This document shows, piece after piece, positions 17,433 through 26,153 of a stretch of 35,505 nt of DNA. A program made the position numbers and the translations under genes. Below the pieces are notes generated by a model. The model searched no databases. It had not been told where the DNA came from and worked only from the letters and a program-made list of their open reading frames with translations. Origin of the DNA: Candidatus Woesebacteria bacterium RIFCSPLOWO2_01_FULL_39_10 (lineage in GTDB: Bacteria; Patescibacteriota; Microgenomatia; UBA8517); contig MGHC01000011.1 of the NCBI GenBank assembly GCA_001793015.1, positions 18,604-54,108 of the forward strand, given 5' to 3'. Within the stretch, counting starts at the first letter, position 1. Each line of letters begins with the position of its first letter.

Positions 17433-18296
17433 ATGAACTTAATTCGTGTAATATTATTATTAATTGGGTTAATCTTTCTATCATTAATTGGTCCTAATTT
17501 CGCGAAAGCCCAAATAATACCTTCTTTTCCGGCATGTTCAAATCCGGGTGGAACACTTAGAGTTTTGTACACCGATGGCCAGCATGCAATTGCCGGTGAA
17601 TCAAACCTTCGTTTGGGTAGTGATGGAGTATATGACCTTACCAGTGGCGACCACGTTCAGTGTTTTTGTTCGGTAGACGGCTCAGGAGTTCAGACAAATT
17701 GGTGGAAAATAAGTTCCCTTGATCAGGATGAAATAGATACTTTGGTTAATTTGGGTTGGGTTTTTGTCCCAAGCGGTACTCCTTGGGGATTGGATGCTAG
17801 CGGCTATATGGCTTTCAATAGTCCATATGCCTGCGGTGGAAGCGGGATAACAACAACGTCATCTAGTGGAAGCACTGGAGCACCGGTTTGTAATTCAGAT
17901 AGACCAAACGCACCTGTTGTTACTTCAATTGTTAAAAGCGGAACAACTGCAACAATTTCCTGGACAAAAGTAGATATTGCAACACACTACACAATTGCCT
18001 ACGGACCTGCGGTTGGAAATTACCCTTACGGAGTTCCTAATACCGGAAATGTAACCAGTTACACAATCGGCTCGCTTGACCCAAACACCCAATACTATTT
18101 TGTTGTTTATGCAGTTAATGACTGTATGCCTTCTCTTCCATCAAGTGGTGGTCAGGTTCTTGGTGCTTCCACTGGGAATGTTTTAGGTCTGGCAGCTACA
18201 GGAAATTTACAGACAATCGTTTTAGTCGGATCAATAGGATTTACATCAACTCTTCTTGGAGTACTTCTAAAAAAGAAAAGCTCTTCTCATATTTAA
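17433..18296 (+). CDS. Secreted fibronectin type III domain protein with LAxTG sorting signal
   Basis: Signal peptide ending near AKA; Cys-containing N domain; S/T/G linker; FN3 (ATISW, YTIAYG, LDPNTQYYFVVYAVN); LAATG + hydrophobic helix + KKK. Confidence 0.85.
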   Translation: MNLIRVILLLIGLIFLSLIGPNFAKAQIIPSFPACSNPGGTLRVLYTDGQHAIAGESNLRLGSDGVYDLTSGDHVQCFCSVDGSGVQTNWWKISSLDQDEIDTLVNLGWVFVPSGTPWGLDASGYMAFNSPYACGGSGITTTSSSGSTGAPVCNSDRPNAPVVTSIVKSGTTATISWTKVDIATHYTIAYGPAVGNYPYGVPNTGNVTSYTIGSLDPNTQYYFVVYAVNDCMPSLPSSGGQVLGASTGNVLGLAATGNLQTIVLVGSIGFTSTLLGVLLKKKSSSHI

Positions 18297-18309
18297 ATTT
18301 ATTACTCTC

Positions 18310-18852
18310 ATGAGAAATTTTCTTGCCAATCTACTTATTATCTTAGGAATAGGTTTTCTTTTGGCCTCCGCTTTTCTAGTTTGGCAAAGGTATAATCCAA
18401 GGCGATTAGCTTTTGATGGGATTAACGAGATAGAGTTCAGTGGAAATAAAGATGGACAAAATGCACACCCCATAGCCCTTTCTATATCTGATCTGGAAAT
18501 ATATTTACCGGTTGTTCCTGCAAATAATACTGGTGGAAAATGGGAAACAACAACCAAAGGGGTTTCATATTTGACTAGCTCAGCAAACCCCGGGGAGACT
18601 GGCAATAGCATTTTCTACGGACATAACTGGAATAATCTTTTGGGAAACCTTACTCGAGCAGTTCCGGGACAGGTTATCGAAATTATTTTTTCAGATGGAA
18701 GCCAAAAAAGATTTGTAGTTACCCACACTCAGGAAGTAACATCTTCTCAAACTCAGATTCTGAATAATTCCGAGGATAAAAGAATGACACTTTATACTTG
18801 TTCAGGGTTTTTGGATACAAAAAGATTTGTAGTTACTGCAGAAATTATATAA
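18310..18852 (+). CDS. Sortase
   Basis: N-terminal TM; PGETGNSIFYGHN (His), TLYTC (Cys), KRFVVTA (Arg). Confidence 0.9.
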   Translation: MRNFLANLLIILGIGFLLASAFLVWQRYNPRRLAFDGINEIEFSGNKDGQNAHPIALSISDLEIYLPVVPANNTGGKWETTTKGVSYLTSSANPGETGNSIFYGHNWNNLLGNLTRAVPGQVIEIIFSDGSQKRFVVTHTQEVTSSQTQILNNSEDKRMTLYTCSGFLDTKRFVVTAEII

Positions 18853-18854
18853 TT

Positions 18855-18883
18855 TTGCTATAGTAAGGTGACTTTGCTAATAT
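18855..18883 (+). promoter_or_regulatory. Probable promoter of rmlABC
   Basis: TTGCTA, 17 bp, TAATAT with upstream TG. Confidence 0.5.
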
Positions 18884-18902
18884 TGAACGTGCTAAAAAAT
18901 AT

Positions 18903-19982
18903 ATGAAGGCAATAATTCCAACAGGCGGTCGCGGGACGCGAATGCAGCCACTCACTTTCTCGACAAATAAACACTTCATACCTATCGCAAATAAACCCCT
19001 TATTTTTTATCCAATAGAGTCAGTTGCAGAGGCGGGAATAAAGGATGTAATTATTACATATAACCCGGGTTGGCTTGAGATTGTACAAAAACATCTGGGA
19101 GACGGCAAAAGATGGGGATTAAATTTTACCTATGTACTTCAGGAGAAGCCTTTGGGGCTTGCTAACATAATTCAGGTTTGTGAAGAACATATCAAAGGAG
19201 ATAGGTTCTTCTTACATCTTGGAGATAACATATTCAGCGAAGGAATTAAAGAATTAGTTGAATATTTCGAAAAAGAAAAGCCCGATGGTTTGGTAGCCAA
19301 AATTAAGCATCCTGAAAATTGGCGATTGGGCGTGCCAATATTTGATAAAAAAGGAAGACTTATAGATTATTTAGAGAAACCTTCCAGACCGCCGAACGAT
19401 TATGCAATACCTGGAATTTATTTTTTTGATAGCTTAATTTTTAATTGTTTCAAAGGGAAAGATGAAATAAAACCTTCTGAAAGGGGAGAATACGAAATAG
19501 TGGAACCATATAAATGGCTTATTAAGAAGGGTTACCGTGTTGATGTTTTGGAGTATAAGGGTAAGTGGCTTGATCCGGGTAAATTTAACGACTGGATTGA
19601 AGCAAACCAGGTTCTTTTGGATAGGATCGCTAATGGAGAAATAAAAAGTAAAGTTGGAGTTGGAAATACTGTACAGGGAAGAGTAAGTATAGGAAGTGGT
19701 TGTAAAATTAAAAATTCAAATATGCGTGGGCCTTCAATAATTGGTGATAATGCGACAATTGTAAATTCATATGTAGGTCCATATTCTTCTATATCGAGTG
19801 ATTGTGATATTCAAAACAGCAGTTTAGAAAATAGTGTTCTAATGGAAGGAGTTAAAATTCTTAATGTTAAGCAGCCTATTGATAATAGTTTAATTGGATC
19901 TGGAACAGAAGTAACTGATGTAAACGGTCATTCAAATTGTCTGGAACTTTTTGTCGGCGAAAAAAGCCAAGTGAGACTTTAA
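18903..19982 (+). CDS. rmlA: Glucose-1-phosphate thymidylyltransferase, long form
   Basis: GGRGTRMQPLT, ANKP, LGDN, EKP, SERGEYEI, WLDPG; hexapeptide-repeat C-terminus; upstream of rmlBC. Confidence 0.9.
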   Translation: MKAIIPTGGRGTRMQPLTFSTNKHFIPIANKPLIFYPIESVAEAGIKDVIITYNPGWLEIVQKHLGDGKRWGLNFTYVLQEKPLGLANIIQVCEEHIKGDRFFLHLGDNIFSEGIKELVEYFEKEKPDGLVAKIKHPENWRLGVPIFDKKGRLIDYLEKPSRPPNDYAIPGIYFFDSLIFNCFKGKDEIKPSERGEYEIVEPYKWLIKKGYRVDVLEYKGKWLDPGKFNDWIEANQVLLDRIANGEIKSKVGVGNTVQGRVSIGSGCKIKNSNMRGPSIIGDNATIVNSYVGPYSSISSDCDIQNSSLENSVLMEGVKILNVKQPIDNSLIGSGTEVTDVNGHSNCLELFVGEKSQVRL

Positions 19983-19993
19983 GTACTATATAC

Positions 19994-20020
19994 ACCATGC
20001 GGGGACTGTCCTTGTATGGT
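19994..20020. repeat. REP-like imperfect palindrome between rmlA and rmlB
   Basis: ACCATGCGGGGAC-T-GTCCTTGTATGGT, 13-nt arms with G:T pairs. Confidence 0.55.
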
Positions 20021-20031
20021 AGTCGTACAAT

Positions 20032-21036
20032 ATGAAACTTTTAGTAACGGGTGGAGCAGGATTCATAGGAAGCAACTTCATCCGGTATTGGTTGGAAAAA
20101 TACCCAAAGGATAAAATTACCAATCTAGATAAGCTTACTTACGCAGGAAGATTGGAAACAACTGAGGATTTTTCAAAAAACAAAAACTACACATTTATAA
20201 AAGGTGATATTGGTGATTTAAAAACTACTCTAAAAGCAACAGAAGGAATTGAGGTGGTTGTGAACTTTGCGGCAGAGTCCCACAACGATCGTGCAATTCA
20301 GGATCCGGGTATCTTTGTTCGGACAAACGTTCTTGGAACTCAAATTTTGCTCGAGGCAGCCAAAAGGCAAAATGTAAAAAGATTTCACCACATTTCAACA
20401 TGCGAAGTATTTGGAGAATTAGAACTTAATGAGAAACGTGCTTTTAAGGAAGAAGATCCTTTTCGTCCAAGAACTCCTTACAATGCATCGAAAGCAGCGG
20501 CTGATCATGTTGTAATGGCTTACTACCATACTTTTGGATCCCCAGTAACAATTAGTCATTGTTCAAATAATTATGGTCCATATCAATTTCCTGAAAAAAT
20601 TATTCCTCGATTTATTACAAACCTGATTGATAACCAAAAGATACCCCTTTATAAAAGTAGTCAGAATCGCAGAGAGTGGATTTATGTGGACGACCACAAC
20701 GAGGCTGTGGATATTGTAATTAGAAAAGGTAAGGTTGGTGAGATGTATAGCATAGGAACTGGGGTTGAAAAAAGTGTTGAAGATATTGCCGACTCTTTAC
20801 TGAAAATTTTTGGAAAACCCAAAAGTTATAAAAAGTATGTTCCCGACCGTGCGGGGCACGACAAACGCTATCTTCTCTCAACTAAAAAAATAAGAAGCGA
20901 GTTGGGATGGAAGGCAAAATATGAGTTTGATGCCTATCTTGAAAAAACAGTAGAATGGTATAAGGAAAATGAGTGGTGGTGGAGGCCTTTAAAAAAGGAA
21001 GCGGAGGCTCTTTACGCTAAAACCGGTCAAAAATGA
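20032..21036 (+). CDS. rmlB: dTDP-glucose 4,6-dehydratase
   Basis: VTGGAGFIGSNF, DKLTYAG, AAESH, YNASK, SNNYGPYQFPEK, DRAGHDKRY. Confidence 0.9.
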   Translation: MKLLVTGGAGFIGSNFIRYWLEKYPKDKITNLDKLTYAGRLETTEDFSKNKNYTFIKGDIGDLKTTLKATEGIEVVVNFAAESHNDRAIQDPGIFVRTNVLGTQILLEAAKRQNVKRFHHISTCEVFGELELNEKRAFKEEDPFRPRTPYNASKAAADHVVMAYYHTFGSPVTISHCSNNYGPYQFPEKIIPRFITNLIDNQKIPLYKSSQNRREWIYVDDHNEAVDIVIRKGKVGEMYSIGTGVEKSVEDIADSLLKIFGKPKSYKKYVPDRAGHDKRYLLSTKKIRSELGWKAKYEFDAYLEKTVEWYKENEWWWRPLKKEAEALYAKTGQK

Positions 21037-21590
21037 GCGACACTATCAAAAAAACTTCTATCCCTGGGCTTTTATTGATTGAACGACCGACATATCCTGA
21101 TGAGCGGGGATTTTTCCACGAAATATTTCGTTTGAATGAATTGGAAGAAGTTATTGGGCGTAAGTTTAATCCGGTTCAGTGGAGCCATTCATATTCACTT
21201 CCAAAAGTAATAAGAGCAATTCACACCGAAGAATGGCAAAAAATAATTTATCCGGTTACAGGAAAAGTCTTTGCCGCCTTTGTCGACACAAGGCCGGATT
21301 CTAAGACTTTCAAAAAAGTAGAAACTTTCATATTTGATAATAGTAAAAAAGACTCTCCACATACTGCGATTTATGTTGCTCCAGGAGTTGGAAACTCGGT
21401 TTGCGTTTTGGGCGATAAACCCTTACATTACATGTATATCGTTGATGAGTATTGGGACAACAGTAAGGCAAAAGGGATTGCCTGGAACGATCCTGACTTG
21501 GCAATTGAGTGGCCAATAAAAGATCCGATAATTTCAGAAAGAGATAGAAAAAACCCGACCTTACGGGAACTTTATCCTGAGAAATTTTGA
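21033..21590 (+). CDS. rmlC: dTDP-4-dehydrorhamnose 3,5-epimerase
   Basis: DERGFF, IRAIH, WQK, DTRPDSKTF, WNDPDLAIEWP, ISERD. Confidence 0.92.
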   Translation: MSDTIKKTSIPGLLLIERPTYPDERGFFHEIFRLNELEEVIGRKFNPVQWSHSYSLPKVIRAIHTEEWQKIIYPVTGKVFAAFVDTRPDSKTFKKVETFIFDNSKKDSPHTAIYVAPGVGNSVCVLGDKPLHYMYIVDEYWDNSKAKGIAWNDPDLAIEWPIKDPIISERDRKNPTLRELYPEKF

Positions 21591-21642
21591 TAACAACAAA
21601 CTTTATTTACTTCTTTTCTTAATTAACTTATAATACAAATTA

Positions 21643-21888
21643 ATGGCAGTAGAAAAATTAGAGGGAAGAGCAGAACAAGATCCTGGTAGTGTGGAGCGCG
21701 AACCGGAGCAACCTCTTTATGGGGGTTGGGTTACAACTCCAGAAAGAGCTAAAAGATTCAGTTCTGCCACTACTAACCCTTTAGATCCGAACAGGCGTAC
21801 AGAAGAACTAATTCCACTCACAAGTAAAGGTGGAGACGCAGTTCCAATGGGTAGACCTTCTCGTACTGAAGGACCAAAAGCCGAATAA
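21643..21888 (+). CDS. Small hypothetical protein, predicted disordered
   Basis: 81 aa, rich in P/E/R/G; own promoter TTTACT-17-TATAAT (21606-21634). Confidence 0.6.
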   Translation: MAVEKLEGRAEQDPGSVEREPEQPLYGGWVTTPERAKRFSSATTNPLDPNRRTEELIPLTSKGGDAVPMGRPSRTEGPKAE

Positions 21889-21947
21889 AGTACACTCCAA
21901 AAAGTATTAGTTTACCTTTTAGATAGAAATTGCGATAATAGTTAATT

Positions 21948-22865
21948 GTGAAAGGTTTAATTTTAGTTACGGGTTCTGAGGGACTAGTTGGATCCAGATT
22001 TGTTGAAATTTCCGAAAGGAAAAACTTTTTACATCTTCCAAAACAAGTTGAGTTGGATATCACAAACCCTTCCGAAATTAAAGCCGTACTTTCCAGTTAC
22101 AATTTTTCCGCTGTTGTCCATTTCGCAGCTTTCACCGACCTTAATGCGGCCGAAGAAGAAAGAGGAAATAAAGATGGCGCTTGCTGGCAGGTAAATGTCG
22201 AAGGGACTCGAAATCTTGTCGAGGCAGTAAGGCCTTATAAAGCAAAAGTCCACTTTGTCCATATTTCAACGGATGGAGTATTTTCCGGAAATTCGGATGA
22301 CCCAGGACCGTACAAAGAGGATCACCCGCGCGAGACTGATCCAACGAGAGTGACTTGGTATGGCTTCACGAAGGGAGAGGCAGAAAAGGCTGTTCAAGAA
22401 GTTTTGGGAGATTCTGCAACAATTTTAAGAATAATATATCCAGTGAGAACAGAATTTGAGGGTAAACTTGATTTTTTGAGAAAACCTTTAAAACTTTATG
22501 ACGAAGGTAAGTTATATCCAATGTTCACGGATCAGCAAATTTCAGTAAGTTTTATTGATGAAGTTTGTAAAGCACTCGATAAGATAATTATTGACGGCCA
22601 CAAAGGAATATTTCACGCGTGCTCTGATACTACAACTCCCCATAAGCTAATTTCTTATATGCTGGAAAAAACCCGAGGTGTAACAAATGCCGTTGAGGGT
22701 ACAACATTGAGAGAGTTTTTGGAAAAAACAGGAAATCCTTCCTATCGCTATCCGAAATTTGGCGGCTTAAAAGTAGGAGTTACGGAAGCAAAACTTGGAA
22801 TCAAATTCAGCACATGGCGCGAAATAGTAGATAAACTAGTTACTCAAGGCTTGGGAGAAAAATAA
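21948..22865 (+). CDS. rmlD: dTDP-4-dehydrorhamnose reductase
   Basis: VTGSEGLVG, LDIT, HFAAFT, ISTDGVF, YGFTK (YxxxK). Confidence 0.85.
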   Translation: MKGLILVTGSEGLVGSRFVEISERKNFLHLPKQVELDITNPSEIKAVLSSYNFSAVVHFAAFTDLNAAEEERGNKDGACWQVNVEGTRNLVEAVRPYKAKVHFVHISTDGVFSGNSDDPGPYKEDHPRETDPTRVTWYGFTKGEAEKAVQEVLGDSATILRIIYPVRTEFEGKLDFLRKPLKLYDEGKLYPMFTDQQISVSFIDEVCKALDKIIIDGHKGIFHACSDTTTPHKLISYMLEKTRGVTNAVEGTTLREFLEKTGNPSYRYPKFGGLKVGVTEAKLGIKFSTWREIVDKLVTQGLGEK

Positions 22866-22867
22866 TT

Positions 22868-23584
22868 TTACTTCTTTCTTGTACTTTTACGAGCGTGTTC
22901 TACCTTCCATTTTTCAATTTCTTTGTGATTTCCTGATAATAAAACATCAGGAACTTTCCACTCTTTATAATTTTCGGGTCGAGTGTATTGAGGATATTCG
23001 GTTGAGGTGATTAGTGATAAGCGGAGCTTGGTCAGCTTCGCTGGTTGGTGATTGGTGATTGGTGAGAAGGACTCTTCGGACAGGGATTGGGGGTTACCCA
23101 AAACTCCGGGGATAAGGCGAACTACCGTATCGACTAAAACCATAGCAGGAAGTTCACCGCCTGTGAGCACGTATTCTCCGATTGAAACTTCTTCATCAGC
23201 GAGGTGCTCTGCAACTCTTTCGTCTACCCCTTCATAATGTCCAGCAATTAAAATTAGCTGATCAAGCTTCGAATATTCAAGTGCTTTTTTCTGGGTAAAG
23301 ATCTTTCCCTTGGCAGAAAGTAAAATAATTCTCCCCTTTTCCTTTTTGGAAATTGGAAATTGGAAATTGGAAATTGCGCGGTCGACAATGTCGACGCGGA
23401 TAATCATTCCAGGGCCTCCTCCATACGGCCTATCATCAACAGTTTTGTGAGTATCTTTTGACCAGGCTCTTAAGTCGTGAATATTTATTTCGACCAAATT
23501 ATCGTCTTTTGCTTTTTTAAGCATAGATGTGTCAAAAGGCCCTTTAAACATGTCGGGAAAAATCGTCAAAATATCAATCTTCAT
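22868..23584 (-). CDS. trmD: tRNA (guanine37-N1)-methyltransferase (start moved to ATG 23584)
   Basis: MKIDILTIFP, VDDRPYGGGPGM, GHYEGVDER, SIGEYVLTGGE, EYPQYTRP, VPDVLLSGNH. Confidence 0.97.
   Translation of the reverse strand: MKIDILTIFPDMFKGPFDTSMLKKAKDDNLVEINIHDLRAWSKDTHKTVDDRPYGGGPGMIIRVDIVDRAISNFQFPISKKEKGRIILLSAKGKIFTQKKALEYSKLDQLILIAGHYEGVDERVAEHLADEEVSIGEYVLTGGELPAMVLVDTVVRLIPGVLGNPQSLSEESFSPITNHQPAKLTKLRLSLITSTEYPQYTRPENYKEWKVPDVLLSGNHKEIEKWKVEHARKSTRKK
23006..23065. repeat. GGTGATT heptamer array interrupted by a hairpin, inside trmD
   Basis: GGTGATT copies at 23006, 23047 and 23054 plus degenerate copies; AGCGGAGCT-TGGTC-AGCTTCGCT at 23020-23042. Confidence 0.8.
23346..23376. 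repeat. TTGGAAA x4 heptamer microsatellite inside trmD
   Basis: Four perfect copies plus TTG; translated as ISNFQFPISK. Confidence 0.9.
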
Positions 23585-23604
23585 GGCTATAGTATACTTC
23601 AACT
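23585..23604. promoter_or_regulatory. Bidirectional leaderless promoter for trmD and pgeF
   Basis: Palindrome AGTATACT (23591-23598) gives TATACT on both strands, each 6 nt before an ATG. Confidence 0.7.
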
Positions 23605-24363
23605 ATGTATCAAATTCCCGAACTTCTTAGATTTCCAAAACTCTTCCACTCATTTTCAACAATTGACGAAGGAAATATGGCAAACTCAATACTCTATAAG
23701 GTTAGAAATTTTGATCAGGTTGTAAAAAACAGGGAAAAGTTTCTTTCTAAACCTGGTCTTTCAATTGACTCGTGTATCTGCATGTGGGTACAACATAGGG
23801 ATCGGGTGACTATTGCAGATCAAAAAGTGGCAGGAGTTAGTATGAGAGATTATAACTATGCGGTTAAGGTTGACGGGTTAGTAACTAACGAGAAAGGATT
23901 ATATCTTTTTCTCTTGGTTGCTGATTGCCTGCCTTTAATTATTTACGATCCGAAAAAAGAAATTGTTGCAAACGTCCATGCTGGTTGGAAAGGAGTGGAT
24001 TTGGAAATTGCGAAAAAGGCTGTAAAGAAAATGAAGGCCGAATATGAATGTAAACCTAAAAATATTGTGGTAGGAATAGGGCCATGTGTTTACAAAGAAT
24101 CATTTGTGAAAGAAAATCCAAGTCAAAAAGACGATCCAAGATGGAGCGAATTTATCAATAAGGTCGGACCTTATTACGAAGTTGATTTAGTAGGTTTTAC
24201 TAAAAAACAATTAATTGACTGCGGAGTTGCCGAAGAAAATATTTTTGACAGCAAAATCGACACTATTAGAGATAAGCATTTTTTCTCCCACTTTAGAGAT
24301 GCGAAAGAAGGACATAAAGACAAAGGAAGATTTGCTTCTGTCGTCGGTTTAAGATCCAACTAG
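23605..24363 (+). CDS. pgeF: YfiH/PgeF (laccase-domain, purine nucleoside phosphorylase-like) protein
   Basis: DGLVT, VADCLPL, HAGWKG, GIGPC, FFSH. Confidence 0.88.
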   Translation: MYQIPELLRFPKLFHSFSTIDEGNMANSILYKVRNFDQVVKNREKFLSKPGLSIDSCICMWVQHRDRVTIADQKVAGVSMRDYNYAVKVDGLVTNEKGLYLFLLVADCLPLIIYDPKKEIVANVHAGWKGVDLEIAKKAVKKMKAEYECKPKNIVVGIGPCVYKESFVKENPSQKDDPRWSEFINKVGPYYEVDLVGFTKKQLIDCGVAEENIFDSKIDTIRDKHFFSHFRDAKEGHKDKGRFASVVGLRSN

Positions 24364-24394
24364 AAATTGTTTCTCTTTAGGTATAAAATGTCTT

Positions 24395-24419
24395 GGCGCT
24401 ATGTAAATAGCGTTTTTTT
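24395..24419 (+). terminator. Hairpin plus T7 (pgeF terminator or leader structure of the ABC operon)
   Basis: GGCGCTAT-GTAA-ATAGCGTT followed by a T run. Confidence 0.55.
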
Positions 24420-24441
24420 ATGCAATAGTGTGTGGCAATAT

Positions 24442-25479
24442 ATGGATGATAAAAGACAGAAACCTAATATTTTAAGAAGAATATTTAAAACCAGAAGACG
24501 ATTAATTCTTGTTTTGGTAATAATCGTTGTAGCAATATTAGGAGCAAGATTTATTGTATCAGGAAGAAACGGTGAGGTTGAAACTGCACGAGTATACAAA
24601 GGTACAGTACAAGAGGAATTGATTTTATCAGGAGAAATCAGAGCAGAGGAACACGCGAGTCTTTCCTTTCTTTCTTCAGGGGAACTTAATTTTGTGGGTG
24701 TGGCAGAGGGGCAAGTTGCTAAAAAAGGAGAGGTTTTGGCTAAATTAGATTCCACCAATACTCAACAAACATTTTTGCAGGCAGAGTCAGATCTGCGAAG
24801 GTATGATGCATCGTTAGCCAAAACATACGACGATGTTCAAGGACACGAAAATGATGAAAGTTTTAATCAACGTGAAACAAGAACGATTGCTGAAACAAAT
24901 AGAGATAAAGCCTATAGAGCTTATGTAATTGCGCGAAAAAATTTGACAAGCTTATCCCTTAAGGCACCGTTTGATGGAGTGGTCACAAATATTACACATC
25001 CTTTCACAGGAATAAATACGACCCTTACTGAGTCTCAAATTGAAATTGTTAATCCAAAAACAATTTATTTTGCGGTTAGCGCAGACCAATCAGAAGTTAC
25101 AGATTTAAAAATCGGTCAAAAAGTAAAAGTTGTACTTGATCCATTTTCAGATGAGGAAATAGAAGGCGAAGTTATTTATATAAGTTTTACCCCAAAATCG
25201 GGTGAGGTGGGAACAATATACGAGGTTAAAGTGAAGTTATCTTCAAATATCAATATACAAAAAGTAAGAATAGGTATGTCTGGTGACGCAAAATTTATAC
25301 TTATCGAAAAAGACGCTGTTTTGTTTGTGCCTCCTAATTTTGTTAAAACAGATGCAAAAGGAAGATATGTAAATCTTGGAAAAAAGAATAATAAAGTATA
25401 CGTAAAAACTGGTTTAGAGGGGGAAAAAAGAATTGAAATTAAGGGAGACATAAAAGAGGGCGACATGGTATATGATTAA
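24442..25479 (+). CDS. HlyD/MacA-like membrane fusion (adaptor) protein
   Basis: N-terminal TM, VAEGQVAKKGEVLAKLD, LKAPFDGVV, LKIGQKV, RIGMSG; ATG 24442 preferred over TTG 24367. Confidence 0.88.
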   Translation: MDDKRQKPNILRRIFKTRRRLILVLVIIVVAILGARFIVSGRNGEVETARVYKGTVQEELILSGEIRAEEHASLSFLSSGELNFVGVAEGQVAKKGEVLAKLDSTNTQQTFLQAESDLRRYDASLAKTYDDVQGHENDESFNQRETRTIAETNRDKAYRAYVIARKNLTSLSLKAPFDGVVTNITHPFTGINTTLTESQIEIVNPKTIYFAVSADQSEVTDLKIGQKVKVVLDPFSDEEIEGEVIYISFTPKSGEVGTIYEVKVKLSSNINIQKVRIGMSGDAKFILIEKDAVLFVPPNFVKTDAKGRYVNLGKKNNKVYVKTGLEGEKRIEIKGDIKEGDMVYD

Positions 25480-26149
25480 GTTAGTAAATGTATGCAAATC
25501 TTATTTTTTGGGAGATGAGGAAGTTAAAGCAGTATGCAATATAAATTTAGAAATTAAAGACAAAGATTATATTGGAATATTAGGTACATCAGGTTCTGGA
25601 AAATCTACACTTATGTACCTTATTGGTTTACTTGAGCAGCCTACTTCCGGAAAAGTTATTTTAGAGGGAAAAGATGTATCTAAACTTTCTGATACCGATC
25701 TTTCCAAGATTCGTAATAAGACAGTTGGATTTGTTTTTCAGCAGTTTAATCTAATAAATCGATTTACAGTTCTTGAGAACGTTTTACTTCCTACTAAATA
25801 CAGCAAGCGCGATCTCGACTTTGATCCAATAAAGCGTGCGGATGAGTTACTCACTCACTTTGGAATATTTGATAGAAGGAATTTTTTCCCAAACAAGATT
25901 TCTGGAGGGCAGCAACAAAGAGTAGCAATAGCGAGGGCACTTATTATGAAACCGAAAGTAATTCTTGCGGATGAGCCGACAGGAAATTTGGATAGTAAAA
26001 CTGGGGATGAGATTATCAAACTTCTTAGCTCTTTGAATAAGGAGTTGGGTGTAACAGTAATTATTGTTACTCATGAGAAAGAAATTGCAAAAAAGACCAA
26101 AAGGCGAATATATATTAAGGATGGGAAAATTGTTGAGAAGTATCTATAA
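25472..26149 (+). CDS. ABC transporter ATPase (MacB/LolD type)
   Basis: [46 protein letters not shown]. Confidence 0.95.
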   Translation: MIKLVNVCKSYFLGDEEVKAVCNINLEIKDKDYIGILGTSGSGKSTLMYLIGLLEQPTSGKVILEGKDVSKLSDTDLSKIRNKTVGFVFQQFNLINRFTVLENVLLPTKYSKRDLDFDPIKRADELLTHFGIFDRRNFFPNKISGGQQQRVAIARALIMKPKVILADEPTGNLDSKTGDEIIKLLSSLNKELGVTVIIVTHEKEIAKKTKRRIYIKDGKIVEKYL

Positions 26150-26153
26150 GATT

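Noticed and set aside
23006-23376. CRISPR array
   Set aside because: Repeats are 7-mers without unique spacers, lie inside trmD, and no cas genes are present
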